DNA of 63,153 nt, filler included, from Phoronis australis (GCA_002633005.1; 5 parts of 5 records of this genome joined end to end with filler, not necessarily neighbours in it), one strand, 5' to 3'. Positions 37,825-50,769 are shown, counted from the first letter of the whole stretch. Numbers and translations: made by a program. Notes: a model not told the origin generated them from the letters alone.

Positions 37825-39033
37825 AAGCTTAAAATTGTCCAGGAGTTCAACAACTTATCAGCAACACTTTCACATTCAAGAGCAGTCACGCAGCTTGTTC
37901 ATGCGCAGACTAGGTAAAGAATAGGAGCTAAAATTTTGTGACGTGCAACTTCCGGTTTCATAAATTATTGATTTTCGATTGTTTACAATTTTACGACAAA
38001 ATAACTGATAATTGATTTTATACTCTGACATTTAGTGAAACGTTGGACAATCCCGGACTTCTTTTTGAATAACTCTGATTCTTGTTTTACAAACCTTCCT
38101 AAATTGACTCTATGCATAGTTGATCTATACATTTCAATTGCCCAGCGACTTTGTCTGACTTTTTAGCTGAAAACCTACGTCCAATACGTCAATGTAGGAA
38201 GCGTTATATCAGCGTGTTAACTGACGTGCATTCCTTTAACTGAGAGCTCCTCATCCCACTGAAGAAATCCATTTTAGAATTAGGAACTGCTGAAGTTTGC
38301 TCTTTTTTGCTTCGCAGACAAGCAACCGCGACAGTCATATTCCTGAACGATACCATAAGCTAACGCCACCTGTCGCAGGTCTGCTACAACGTGCTTGATT
38401 CGTTTGAATCATTTGATCCCCGTTGCGCTTCTCACGCTTAATCTGTTTCTGGGCGCATTTCGCATAATAAAGTCGCAAGCACTTGTTCATTACTATCCTC
38501 CAAATTCGTCTACCATTCACTTAACAGAGCAAATCTCTCCGATCGGCGACAAATTATTTTGCGATCAGCAGCCAAAGAGGGATTCAATCTCACAACCCCC
38601 AGCGGTCACCAAAGGTTAGTGGAAACCAAAATTTAATAACCCCAATCTACAGGTTATAAAATTGAGAAATGGATCAAGGTGCTTTCTATGTTGCTTGAGA
38701 ACCAAATAAACCACCCAGTCTTAAAGAAATTTAGTACTTCCTCGGTGTATTTTTCAGCAATGCCGACGCCGTTTTGAATCCGGTGTGATGGTCAGTCAAA
38801 GAGGCAGGTCTCAAAAGATTGCAAAAAGTACTTCAACGCTACTGCGCGCGTATGTTCTAACATATGAAGAAAATTGCTTTAGACGGAGGGGAAGAAGATA
38901 ATGCACATGACATAGTTTTCATGACAGACAGCAATAACCAGTATGGAGGTCAACCTGTTTTGTTAGTTTTTTTTTAATATCACCACATTTTGAAAAAATT
39001 GCACTCAAAACGTTCACAGATTCGTCTACTTAC

Positions 39034-39055
39034 CAGTCTCTGCTGCTGCAGCAAC
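39034..39055 (-). CDS. ZP-domain protein, 22-nt micro-exon (VAAAAET-G, signal cleavage region)
   Basis: ttttttacttcag|GTT...ACT G|GTAAGT has strong splice sites and converts phase 0 to phase 1, exactly as needed to join the flanking exons. Confidence 0.75.
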
Positions 39056-40690
39056 CTGAAGTAAAAAACATTTCTTTAAATCGGCATTCCCCTTGGCTAA
39101 AAAACAAATTAAGCCTTTCACCTCAGTCACATTTTCAAATTTGTTTTTTAAAGATTGGCCAATCCCAATAAACTAAGAAGTGTTCTGAAGTCAGTGATGG
39201 TTTTTATGTTACTGTTGGCAACATAAACAGAATCTCATCACCACAATGACCAAATCGATTTTTCGTTGAAAAGGAAATTCAACAATTGGAAAACCGAGTC
39301 AATTTTCAATGTTTTAATCGTTCGTTTTTCAATTTCTCTGAATTTATAATTATAAATTGAGTCAATTGTTGACTTTTCGTTTTTGGGGAGAAAATAGAAA
39401 TCGAAACACTACTTTCGTTTTCTCTACATCACTTGCAATTTGCAGTGTTGAGAACAACAGAGAAAACGACTGAATTTTAGACTTCTATATTTTACATAAA
39501 TTTACGGTCGACGAAAGCCTAACAATGAGTTGAGAGCATTTACTCTTAAAGGTACCTCTGGTCCAGTCAGACGCTTATTGCTTTAGAAAGAACTGTGTAT
39601 ATTTTTAATTGATTACGAGGAGTATCATATCACTGGGTGTCCCTCTATCTATAGCAAGATCTTGCCTCAAAATGGTTGAGTTTTAATGTGCTCCACAAGA
39701 TGCACAACAAGATCAAAAGGCCGATCCAACTTTGACATTCTTGTTTCTCATGAACGTCATAAGTCAGAACAGTTTGCAGTTCTTAAATTGGTTGGGGATG
39801 TAAGAATTAATATTCGTTTTTATTGGCTCGTCGCATTAACCAATGAAACGACATTATTGCATTATTGGCCTGACATACCGTTTACTGTCTGGAAACTGGA
39901 AATGATTCGGATTTCCTGAAGTCTCTACTGACATGCACATGTATGAAGTGAATAAGAAAAACGAAATCGCAGGAGCGGATCCAGGATTTTGATTTAGGGG
40001 GACCATGGCAGAGTGACTGAATCGGTTCAACTTTCGATCTCTGGATGTAGATTAAACTTCGGGTGTGACTCAGTTTTCGATTTTTCAACATTCGATTTTT
40101 GGACAAAACACAAAATAGCTCAATTTTCCAATTTTCAATTCCGTTTTAACCGAAATATCGATTTAGTCTTTTCGCACACGGACCGTGTGCAGTAACCACA
40201 TTTTAAGCGCAGAAAGGTACTTGTTTAAGAACCCTTTGCGCTTTGTATTTTCCATTGTCATTCGGCAGATCAATAATGTATGTTCACCCTTGCTGTTCTG
40301 CTTTGCCTCCTGACAAATTTCTGAAAGATGGTGTAACCTTAACGTTATGAGTAACCGTAAAACTGTAGAAAATGCTTACGTTGGAACGTCGTTTCTCAAA
40401 AATGGCTTCTCGGATTCAAATAAAAGAGACTGTCCATTTTGCAATGTTTTGACCTCCAAAACGCATTTGCAATTTGTTCACTTTTGTACTGAGTCCTTTT
40501 GGAAATTTGGTAATTGGTGACTTTTATCAAAAATAGTTTAATGGTTTTGTAGATATTTTGCAAAATCCACAGAGCTGATAAGGTTACTCATTTCCTTTGG
40601 TGGCGCATGGAATCAATTTGAAAGAGCGGGGAAGGTGTGCGCTGCATCATATTACGGGCTGTGAACTATACAAAAAGAACTTACACGTAC

Positions 40691-40732
40691 CTGTAGAGCG
40701 ACGGCAAACAATGCTAATATCAACGACTTCAT
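40691..40732 (-). CDS. ZP-domain protein, coding exon 1 (signal peptide MKSLILALFAVALQ)
   Basis: ctttgcag|ATG...CAG|GTACGT, phase 0; hydrophobic signal-peptide core. Confidence 0.75.
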
Positions 40733-40871
40733 CTGCAAAGCATAATACAAACGCTAATTAGGTCCTGCAAAGCAATCTTACTCTTTCCGTTTCATTTTAG
40801 TTAACATTCAACGAATTTAAACACTACTTAGTTCAGTCTAAGCTTAAGTCTAATTACTTTCCTTTAAAACC

Positions 40872-41258
40872 ACTCCAAATATTTTCAAACGTTTCTTAAT
40901 TTAATATTGATTTTTTAGTTTCATTTATTTTGGCGGTGCACCACCACCTAATACATGTATGACTCATGCACTATACATATTCACACAACTGCCACCCTAT
41001 GTAAGAAGATTTCCTCGTAAAACCTGCCTACTTTTTAAAGTGTTAGTAGTAAAATAAAGCATGTCAATACAACTCCAAATATTTCTAAACTGAACTCAAT
41101 TTAATATGATCTTTATACTTTAATTTTTATTTTTGGTTATGCTTCACCGCCTAAAATGGCCGCGACAGGGAGTGACAGCTGACTCATGTGTTACATGTAT
41201 GCATTAGTGAACTGCCGTAGCATATGAAGTTTCCGCAGACGCCCCAACTACTTTTTAA
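40872..41258. repeat. Diverged ~200-bp tandem duplication in ZP gene intron 1, each copy with TGACTCA
   Basis: Both units start actccaaatattt and end ctactttttaa. TGACTCATG lies at 40960 and 41180. Confidence 0.7.
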
Positions 41259-41937
41259 TAAAAAATAATAACAGAATAGGTAAACGCAAACAGCTGAAAG
41301 TTACAAAAATTACTGACGAAACTCATTGTTGAATTAAAATTAAAGGGTCCCTTTAACTTATGGCAACGACATAACTGTAAGGAGACACTATTAAAAACGA
41401 AAGTTGGTAAAAAAATCAACTGGAAAAGCATTTAACGAATTCATGTAGATGTCCCTCTTTCAAAAAAGCTCGCAAGTAAGGACTCGCGCATACGTACCAT
41501 CGCGTACCCACGCGCGCAAACGGCACACGTACAGTGTATATGCACTTCAATTTGTCTTAATTACCGCAGATTTCTGGGAAAGATGCCGCTGTAAAAGCGC
41601 TCGTGAACCCAATGTCACTCCATTACACATCTCAAAACCATGCCATCTATTCCTAAACGCATTATTAACAGACCTCGTAAGTGCATGTGTCTCACTCTGT
41701 TATGCAGAAAAGCTCGATATTTTTTCAATGTAACTAACTGTTTATTTTGAGCTATTGCACAATGCACAGCTAACATTCATTTGGTAAATATAGAAAAGTA
41801 ACATTGAAACTCTAGTTAGCGTCTAAGAACCTGACAAATTTAGAATCATCTCAAATAATACTTTTTGTACTTCGTTCAATCAGAATTTGGTACTTGTACA
41901 TGTACCGTTAGAAAATAATCAACACAACAGTATTTAC

Positions 41938-41973
41938 CTTCTAGGTTTGTTCAACAACCAAGTCGGCGCAAAT
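41938..41973 (-). other. Putative non-coding exon 1 of the ZP-domain gene
   Basis: Ends at donor AAG|GTAAAT. An upstream non-coding exon is required because the ATG exon begins directly after an acceptor (ctttgcag|ATG). Confidence 0.5.
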
Positions 41974-41997
41974 GCACAATTTAATTGGATTTCGTTA

Positions 41998-42004
41998 TTT
42001 TATA
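41998..42004 (-). promoter_or_regulatory. TATA box of the ZP-domain gene
   Basis: TATAAAA on the minus strand, 31 nt upstream of a CA(+1)TT initiator-like site at 41973 that opens a short exon. Confidence 0.55.
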
Positions 42005-45000
42005 TTCATGTCCGTTAATGACTACATGTACAACACTAAAACACTTTTTGTGATGGTTTGGGTGTGATCTTCAACTTGTCACTTATAATAAATTACGAGA
42101 CACGAACCGTGCTTATCAGATCGAAACGACCAGAAAATCATTTTCTCGAACGCATACCCTATTTTAAAAATGTTTTAGTTGAAGCTGTATTTAGTTGGTT
42201 AACAAGCAAAAACAAAATTAGGACTTTTACTCTAATAAAATGAGTCCCACGACTTTTTTTACAATAATACAAACAGGATTCTGTTTCCGTAACCAACTCT
42301 TCACAGGCAGTGAATACAAATGCCATTTCGGAATTCACAATTTTAGGGTTGGACAACCTTAAAAAACTCGAGATGTTGACGTCTTCGACGTTCTTTGTGG
42401 TAATGGAACGAGCTTCCAATCACGACAAGGCTCGATTTAGTGACATGCACCACGCCAACACTGCGACCACATATTTTTTTGGTATTTCCACGTATACTGC
42501 CAACTTCTTTCAGCAACTGACTTTTTCTTTGTTCGTTAGCTCACGGTGCTGTATCTTGGTTTGTTTAGGCCTTGCAACTACCACAGGTAACGTTTTGATT
42601 TGCAAAAAGATAGGCAGACTTGTGCTCCAAGGGGTAAGTGCCTTGTTGAGCGTATCTGCAAATAGTGCTTTGCAAACAGGTTACGTGTCTAGTATCATCC
42701 GGAACATTTAGGATAATTTCTTATCTCAAATTGCCCCTAGGATATGTGTCATGTCTGCGCGAAATTCAATCAATACAGAAATATGGTACGGCTTCGGCCA
42801 AATAGGTTTCTAAGGTAGTGCGCGGTTGTTATTCTCAATCTTTGTCTGCCAGTTCTGATGTGCTGCTAAGTCTCTTATCACAGGGGAATCCTGGATAATT
42901 CGACAGCATTATCCATTTTGATAGTAACACGATTTGATTTACTGAATGATGGTCACACATGCGCAGATATAAGTCACCTCCGTGGGTTATTTTAGTCTCC
43001 AAAATTCCCGTCGCCGAGCTGTTCCGTATACTAGGCATACAGAGACAGAATGTTTGGTCGCCTGCTTTTCCCTAAGGTAAGAGTTGATCCAGAGGCGGAA
43101 CTGATCGACACCATGCAGAGGATGCATTCCTAATTTTCTATTCGATTAAAAATAGGCAACAAGCGCCCGACATTTAACCGGTGTTTCGGCGGGCGGCAAT
43201 TCGCCCAGTCACCCTGGTATCTTAATTCACATGTCCTTTTATCTTTTCCAACAGTTGCCAACTAGGAATGGAGGCTAGGAATTTGCCTTCTCACCTAAGC
43301 TTATTTTCCATTCAATTTTATCGATCTGGTCGAATTTTGGCGAGTTGACGTTACTCTAAGCGTCAAGCCCCGCACACTTAGAAATATTACGAAACCAATT
43401 TGTGAGAGTATAAGACATAATTCGATTTTTGTTTTTAGCCAGAGGGAAATGGAGATTTGAATAAAACATAATATCGTTATTTGCTGTAATATAATTACAA
43501 CGTGTCATTCAAAAACCTTATTTAGTGGTACATTCCCGCTCCTTTGTAACAACGATTGTTCTGCGTAATGAATCTCTCAACAACTTTGAAATTTTGAAGC
43601 TTTTTATTATAATACTGTTAAAAACCAAAGTTTTCATGCTGACAACATTACGTCTGAGTTCCCTGAGACGAATACAAGTATAGACGCACGTGTATACATA
43701 CAGTAATACAACGCTTTTATATGGAGCAAGACACTAGCCTAAGTATGGACTAGACGACTAGTACCAATGTTTTTCCTACTGGCAGGTGTTTCACAAGTTG
43801 TTCCACATTCGTTTTTTGTGCATGTGAGACAAAGGTAAACGGAAACAATGTGAAATCTAATAGTCCGTGGACCCTGAGCAATAAGAGAACGTTTTGTGAG
43901 TGCTTTCACCTTGCAGGTTCTTCCACTTGGTTTTGAATAACGTGTTTTCAATTCATTATTTCAAATGTTCCCCGTTTGAAGTCGCACATCCTCTGCAAAC
44001 AACATCATTAGCCAATCACTAACTGTGAAATATATTCCTTGTACCTGTGGTAGACACAGGTTGTACATCTACCGCGGGTACCAGGGTAAAGACTTAAGCT
44101 GACAGACAAAGAGCAAGATTAAAACAGCTTTGACTAAAAGGCGGACATTTACCTTTACATGCATAATGTGTGCAGGTGGTCCGATGTCATTTGCAGTGTG
44201 TCATACGTGCGCAGGCCTCCTGGTTGGACCCATTGCACAAAACACTTGAGATAAATAAACAGGAGAGCCCAGTTATCGATCAGCAGGTTCTTCGTGAAGG
44301 AAGTTTTCAAGTCTGGCTGTCTCTTTTAAGAATCGGACATACTTTTCCGTTTATTACCATGCACTGTAACACTATCATCCAGTAGTTTACTCCTTAGCCT
44401 ATAAAAAGCTGTGCAAGACCCCACCAGCTGCTCAGGGCTTTCAACGTCAATAGCATTGTAATATTGGGACACACTGGGCTCCCTATATACCCAGTGATGT
44501 GCCTGTGTCAGGCATAACATGCGCCATTATGTTTCTCGCAGTGTTTTCTGAGAATTCGTAAATCAGTCAAATGTGCCTATAAATAAAAATGAAAATACGT
44601 TTTAATAAAGCTGGCTTGCGTTGAAATTCATTATAAACAGATTAACGAAGTTGAAGTCGAAATGTGAGAACGGCTCTAGCTTTGTCATATTACGTAGATT
44701 GTGGTTATGAAATATTAAAAACAAATTTTAAAATTAAAATGTGAATGGCTGGGAGACATATTGGGAGAATGGCAGTAACAGGAAAACGAACTCCACACTT
44801 AGTATTTGTGATGTATGCCGCAACAATTCCAATATCTCAGCACAAAAATATGAGTAGGATCAACGTAATTAATTCCCGTTACATGTACTTGATACGACAT
44901 CTACATAGTGCACGGTATTACATGTGCGGCCAATGCCCTTTAATGCAACTGCACCAGTCTTCGTGTTTAGCAATCCAAAGTGTTGTAGGCCAGAGTTAGA

Positions 45001-45685
45001 CGAAGTTGTATTTGTTTGTAGAATTGGAACCTCAGTATGGTCCTGCGCTGTATCCTGATTGAGATATGGGTAATGCTTTATGGGTAAAATTAGAGGTAAG
45101 TACAGGGTAGTCGCCCAAAGCCCACCGTATCACCTTGAAAACTGAACGTAACTTACGCTGCTACATGTACGTTCAAACGTCAAAAGGTGGTTGGCTGCGC
45201 CTACGTGCGCCTACGCCCCACCACAGCACTGGATATGGGGTGGGTATATCGTAAAAAGTCGACGAATACTGAGACAGCTAGAATTGTCGTCCTCTTTTTC
45301 CTACTTTTTCGATTATTTGCTTAACATGTAGTGTGTACAAGCATTTTGTAAACCAAAAATCACCAGCGTTCACGTACACTTTCAGTTGAAACATGTTAAA
45401 AATCTAAATTTATCATTTATTTAGTATGACCATCAAACCTGTCTAGAAATTTGTAATTGAAAGTAGATTTATGTTCTAACATTAGGCAATGTCTTTAGCA
45501 TGGTCAAGAATATTCAAATGTGTCAATGATTGATTGAACCATATTATTTAACCTCTGACACAAGGAATATGAGTTTTTCGATAAATCCTGCTTATATCAC
45601 TAAGTAGGGCGCCAATGATGCATTAGCAGGTGACAACACGAGCATTGGTTGAAATTAACAAAACAGAGTTTAGTATCCTTTTATA

Positions 45686-45823
45686 TGGGCGGCGCACCAT
45701 AGGGGCTGGGGAGCTATAGCCCCACCACTTTTTTCGGTGCTACGCCGCCCATGGTCTGTGGGCTCTGCACCACAGGGAGGCTGGGGGCCTATACCCCCGC
45801 TTTTTTAATGCTGCGCCGCCCAT
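45686..45823. mobile_element. Tandem pair of tiny GC-rich TIR elements
   Basis: atgggcggcgca...tacgccgcccat is followed by a second diverged unit ending tgcgccgcccat. Confidence 0.55.
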
Positions 45824-46664
45824 GTTTTAAATATGTCGAGTGTATAAGTAAAAAATCAGGTGAGTCGAAACAAACTTATTAGATTGCTCTCAGTTAACGC
45901 TTTCACATATCTGTTTTTGTCATTCTCGGTCTCTCGGGGGAGGGCGCACTGTTGAAAGCAAAGCTGAATAAATGAAGCTCCACCTTATACATGTATGTAT
46001 TTACATGTACAATTGGTTTTGCCTCCGATTGGCCTCATCAATCACTTCTCGGTATGCGAGTAATGTCACTTAAATGACACAAGAAGACATAACAACGGAT
46101 TTACATGTACAACCTAGGGTCCACCCTAATGTGGCTGGGGTCCACCGTAATGGACCATTTCGCATTGCTTCTCCTTTTGTGATGTTAAATATATTTTTAT
46201 CGAACATCCGGTTGCCTACATGTAGTTTGCAGAGTCAGCTTACCTTTTCGTGAAACCAAGTTTAGTGTCAGTATCTACGCTGTAAGACCGTGTTCGACTC
46301 TAAGTAACATCCTTTTTACACTTACAAAGCCAAAAGTCCATCAGAATCGGCATGATTTCTTAGTGCCAACGCCCACTATCGACTGTGAAATGACGCTGGG
46401 ATCAAAGGATAAAATTTGAAGTGATTTTGAGTCTGCAAATTCCTTAAAAGGGGAAGGTGGTGGAATTCATTTGAAGGTTATTCTGGATAATAGGAGAACT
46501 CACGCGTTTTGTAATCGTTATATATTGCTTGAGACCTGACTAAATTTGGATACACATGTTTTGATACGGTGGTTCATTTTATGAGCCGAGCATGGTCTGC
46601 AGCAATATCCATTTGATATACTTCGTTGTAAACCCCAGAAATTACTTCTCGTCTGAGTAGCCTA

Positions 46665-49432
46665 TAGTCGGTGGGCCAGATCTCATACCGTTCATCCTTG
46701 TGAGTACTTTGGGGGGGCAACCTAGTTTTATCTATGTGGCTAGATAACATACCTGTAAATCAAATTCCAAAAAGTTCCCACGTCTACACTTGCACATTTT
46801 TTTTAAAAAGGTGTTTTTTTGCACAAAATATGATGCACATTCCTGCCACTTGGTGGCGCTTTTCTATTGAATTGACCAATCAGAGAGCCAGATTGTATTG
46901 TTGTGCTTAGTTACTTCAATATGGTTGCTCCCATAGAGTGTGATGCCTGTATAATTCAAGGTTTATCAAACAGCACAAAATTGTGATGCCAGAGCCTACA
47001 GAAACTTAGAAAAGCTTCCTGACGAAAGCTAATGGGCTGTGGAACTCTGTAGATCAGTAGATCAAAAAGAAGAAGAGGTGTCACAAACGTTGTGCAAGAA
47101 CAGCTGCATGTCCTGATATAGCCTACACAGTATACTGCTGAGTGCTGTAGACTAGAAGACCAAGTATCAGACAAAAAAATTGAAAGGACATAGAACGGCA
47201 TAGCAACGTTTCAAGACACCAGCAGTAGTACTAAAGCTGAAATTGCTGAAAGTGATACAAGATTTCCCAAAGAAAAACAATTATACTTTCAAAATCTGAA
47301 ACACCCAACAAGATAGGAACTTTCTGAAACATGAGTGCATCAATTGTTAGAAGGAAAAGTAAATTATGGACCATATTTCAAGAAAGAGAAAGAAGTATGG
47401 CTTTCAAAAACAGGTACAGTGTACGTGTTTTTGAAAGTTACATCATGGTGTTTCCATGTATGTTTTAGTATTATCACCAGTTGTTTTTTTAATTTGTTCA
47501 GCCCCTTGGCTGCCTAGGCCTTAGACAATACCGCTGACCCAGTAGAGACGGTGATCATACCATAGGTACTCCTTATGCCGGATGCTTTTCGGCAAATTAT
47601 GTTCCTATAAGTTTAAAAGAACCACGTAGAGAGATGCCTCTGAGGAGTTCGTTAATGTTTTTATTTGTTCCCAGTTTAAACAAATACTCCTGCAATCCTG
47701 TTTTTCGAACACTCCATTGTTCAGTTGCCACATCGACACGGCTTGCGCTAAGGGATAATCATATGGCGTTATACTGTGGGTTTGATTTTGAAGCACTTTA
47801 AGTCAAAAATTTTTGAGAAGGTTAAATGGAGTAGATGGTTGCAAACAACATGCCCAAGTGGCCGTCATCCCTTGCCGTAGTCCTGGGATAGGGGGAATCT
47901 CTTCTAATTTTTTGTAAGGACATTAATTACTTAGGTAGCTGCAATGGTAATTGAATTAAAGTGCCTAAGTGGCCATCGTCGCGGTGGTAATTTGAGGATG
48001 ATGGAAGCCACTGTCCATTTCGTCAAACGTCGATTACCTTAAGTGTAAATCGATTGACTATGCTTTGAGCATCTGATTTATTTCAATCACTGCACTGCTA
48101 TATCAGCTGATTTACTTTCAGTTGCATCAGCTAATCTAATTATTAGACGATCAACATTTTTAGGCGACAGATCAGACGGCATGTAATTTTGTTAGTCTGG
48201 TGGTGGATCAGTTCCTGAAAAGTCCGTCTGAAAAAGATGCAACTCACTCATTGTTAAATGTTAAATTAGTGTTAACAGTTCGGGTTTTTTTCAGTTGGAC
48301 TTGTATCGCAAGCAACAGATCAGTCCTGAGCCCTGAATATGCAAATGAAAATCAAAGATATAGACCTTGTGTCTTAGAAGCCAAGTACCACAGATCATCA
48401 TGCTATAAAAAATAGAAAGACAACGATTGTGAAGAGTGACGAATCCACAGTTTTCACAGATGTTTTCTACAATTTTGTTTGGAGTTCATTGAATCAAAGC
48501 TTCTAACACATGTATATGTCATTTGCCTTTCAAAACTAAAGCAAGACTTTGAAGCTGTTCTTCAGAAAGCTGGTGTGCATGAAGTTATTTGGACAGAAAA
48601 TCTTAAGAAACGACTGTTGAAGCTACTCACTGTTGTAGTTTGTGCCCGACTAAGAGATATGAAAGTGAATTGAGGCTAGTGTTCAATAATTCACTTCCTG
48701 ACTCTAATTAACACAGCCCATTATAACATATTTTGAATCAAACGTTTGTCCAAATCCTGCCCGCCTCCAAACAAGGACTTAGTGGTTGACCCTTCATTGC
48801 CTGCGGGCCACTCACCAGTGTGCAGAGCTGTACCCTCTCTAATCGACCATAGTTGGCTCCATGGTGGTGGAGCTTTGCAGTTAAAATGTATGGCAATGCC
48901 CGCATCTCCATTGACAGTACTAAGCCTATGAACACTGCAAGTGCAAAAAGACCATTTGTGCTGGGAAACTGAGTTTGTGCTACAATGCTGGGTCAAACTG
49001 TACAGAAATGTGCAGCTGTGACAACTGTAGTAACATCAGCAACACTGACTGCATAACATTGGATAGTTCTTTGACAAGTCAACCCTAAATAAACCTCGAT
49101 CGATCCCACCCCGTTATTCTGTTTTTTTAATTAAAAAGAATGTTAATTTTATTTGTTGATTAAGTCATAGAAAGTACATACTTTGATCATTGTCATGTAT
49201 TTGTCTCATACTGCTTGATAAACGCTGTCAGAATAATCTATTATTTTCATGCAGTCTGTGTGCACATTCACAGAGATCATTCAACTATATTGTTTTTGTA
49301 CTATAACGTATTTCTGTCGTATTATGCAAACAAGCTGTATTTTATACCATTGGTCAATGTTTTAGTCATTGACGCACAAATTTTTCCAGTCTCAAGTGTT
49401 TTGTGTTACTTTTGTTTCAGACAATGCCAGAA
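46665..49432 (+). mobile_element. Academ-like transposon derivative, copy 2 (right end missing, ~1 kb more internal sequence than copy 1)
   Basis: Same TAGTCGGTGGGCCAGATCTCATA start and colinear similarity with 30161-31955. Extra segment at ~46995-47985. CXC remnant (DHSW..MAMPASPLTVL..CKCK..CTEMCSCDNCSN) at 48830-49040. Confidence 0.8.
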
Positions 49433-50362
49433 AGTAAAAAGTAGGATGGTGTTAGTGCTTCCAATCCAAAGTCAGTTTCTTGTTCGGAACAAAATTGGAC
49501 GCTTTAAGTCGTAATAAAGTATCGTAAACAGTAAGGTATGTGGTTCGACAGAATTAGGAGCAACGACAATGTTGTTGTTTTTAATGCAAATTTAGGGACA
49601 AAATAAACGTTCCTTCGCAGCGCCCTCATGTGATCACAGTGTCAGAGCCAGTGTTAATGCCCCTTCACTGTGACTTTCAGTTGTGGACGCCACTGCGCAC
49701 GCCCGAGTTAACCACAATTACGGGTGTTGAACGTTTCAACAGGACAGGAAAATGCTACATTAATTTTGCAAAACGCTATATGTCATATGTCTTCTCCTGT
49801 GCCAGAATAGCGTTGAGTGGACTGGTTACAAAATGGAATGGACTCCTCTCGCGCACATATATTGGTGCAAGATCAAAACTCAACGTTTTTCTGTAGCCTG
49901 TGGCCTGACGTCATCACACACTTCCTCCAGCCTTTGATTACGTACACTACGTCACAGTTAGGTTTACTGAGCATTTTTCGTCAATTCTTTTATTTTTTAT
50001 ACACGAAAACGGTGTTTGTACTGAAATTAGCGAATAAAAAGAGTACGTTAGACTTGTCTTTGATAATTAATGCCTCTGGCTGAACAAAGGCCTTATGGAC
50101 AACGTACATGTAACACAAAATATACACAATTGCAAACACATGCTCACAGTCTCGATTGCCCAAAGTGAATTGGTATCAAAGAAAGAGTAGCCCTCTTTAT
50201 GAAAAAGACCAAATGTATAAAGAAACTTCGCGTCATCCACCAGGTGTTGAACTTTCTTGATTCTACAAATCATGGTGCACACTGAACTTTTTCACGTTAG
50301 AGAAATAACAGTGTCAGTGATTTTTGCTTAAAAATACGTTCAAAATGCCCTCACTTATTACA

Positions 50363-50368
<6 letters not shown>

Positions 50369-50412
<44 letters not shown>
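50369..50412. repeat. (CA)n microsatellite
   Basis: Directly visible. Confidence 0.97.
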
Positions 50413-50413
<1 letters not shown>

Positions 50414-50769
50414 ATGTACCTGACCTTTCCTAATTACAACACACCGCCCCGGTTGCCGCTGAAGTTGAAAAAAGATAGATTGGACATGACATCTGAGTTT
50501 CTTGGTGCCGAATCAAACATTGTCTTCTCATACAGTATAATAGGATCAGCGCGTGGTCTAGTTAGCCTGCTTAGACTGTGACGACTACTTTGCTTGGCAC
50601 ATTTCGTTTGTCAGATAGCCAGCTAGTCACGTAATTACTCTGTAGTGAGATGAATGTGGCAAAGTTCGTGTACGTGATGAGCCTCTGTTTGGTATTCACA
50701 GGCAATACACACCAGTATTGGCCATTATTTGTTCTGTGATCTGCAAAAATTACCTGGTGTGCTCACGCT

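Larger units (their letters stand above)
35214..45060 (-). pseudogene. Scattered, apparently decayed exon-like pieces of a Cys-rich single-pass receptor
   Basis: Exon-like segments, several with splice sites: ~45055-44915 (GPY*..WCSCIKG), ~44245-44153 (LCNGSNQEACARMTHCK*HRTTCTHYACK|GT), ~37200-37074 (Cys-containing, frameshifted), 35733-35669 (TM: TFLLVSVVGVLLVVTVIGILK|GTAAGT) and ~35295-35214 (EAVYDNL). That they belong to one gene is inference. Confidence 0.3.
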
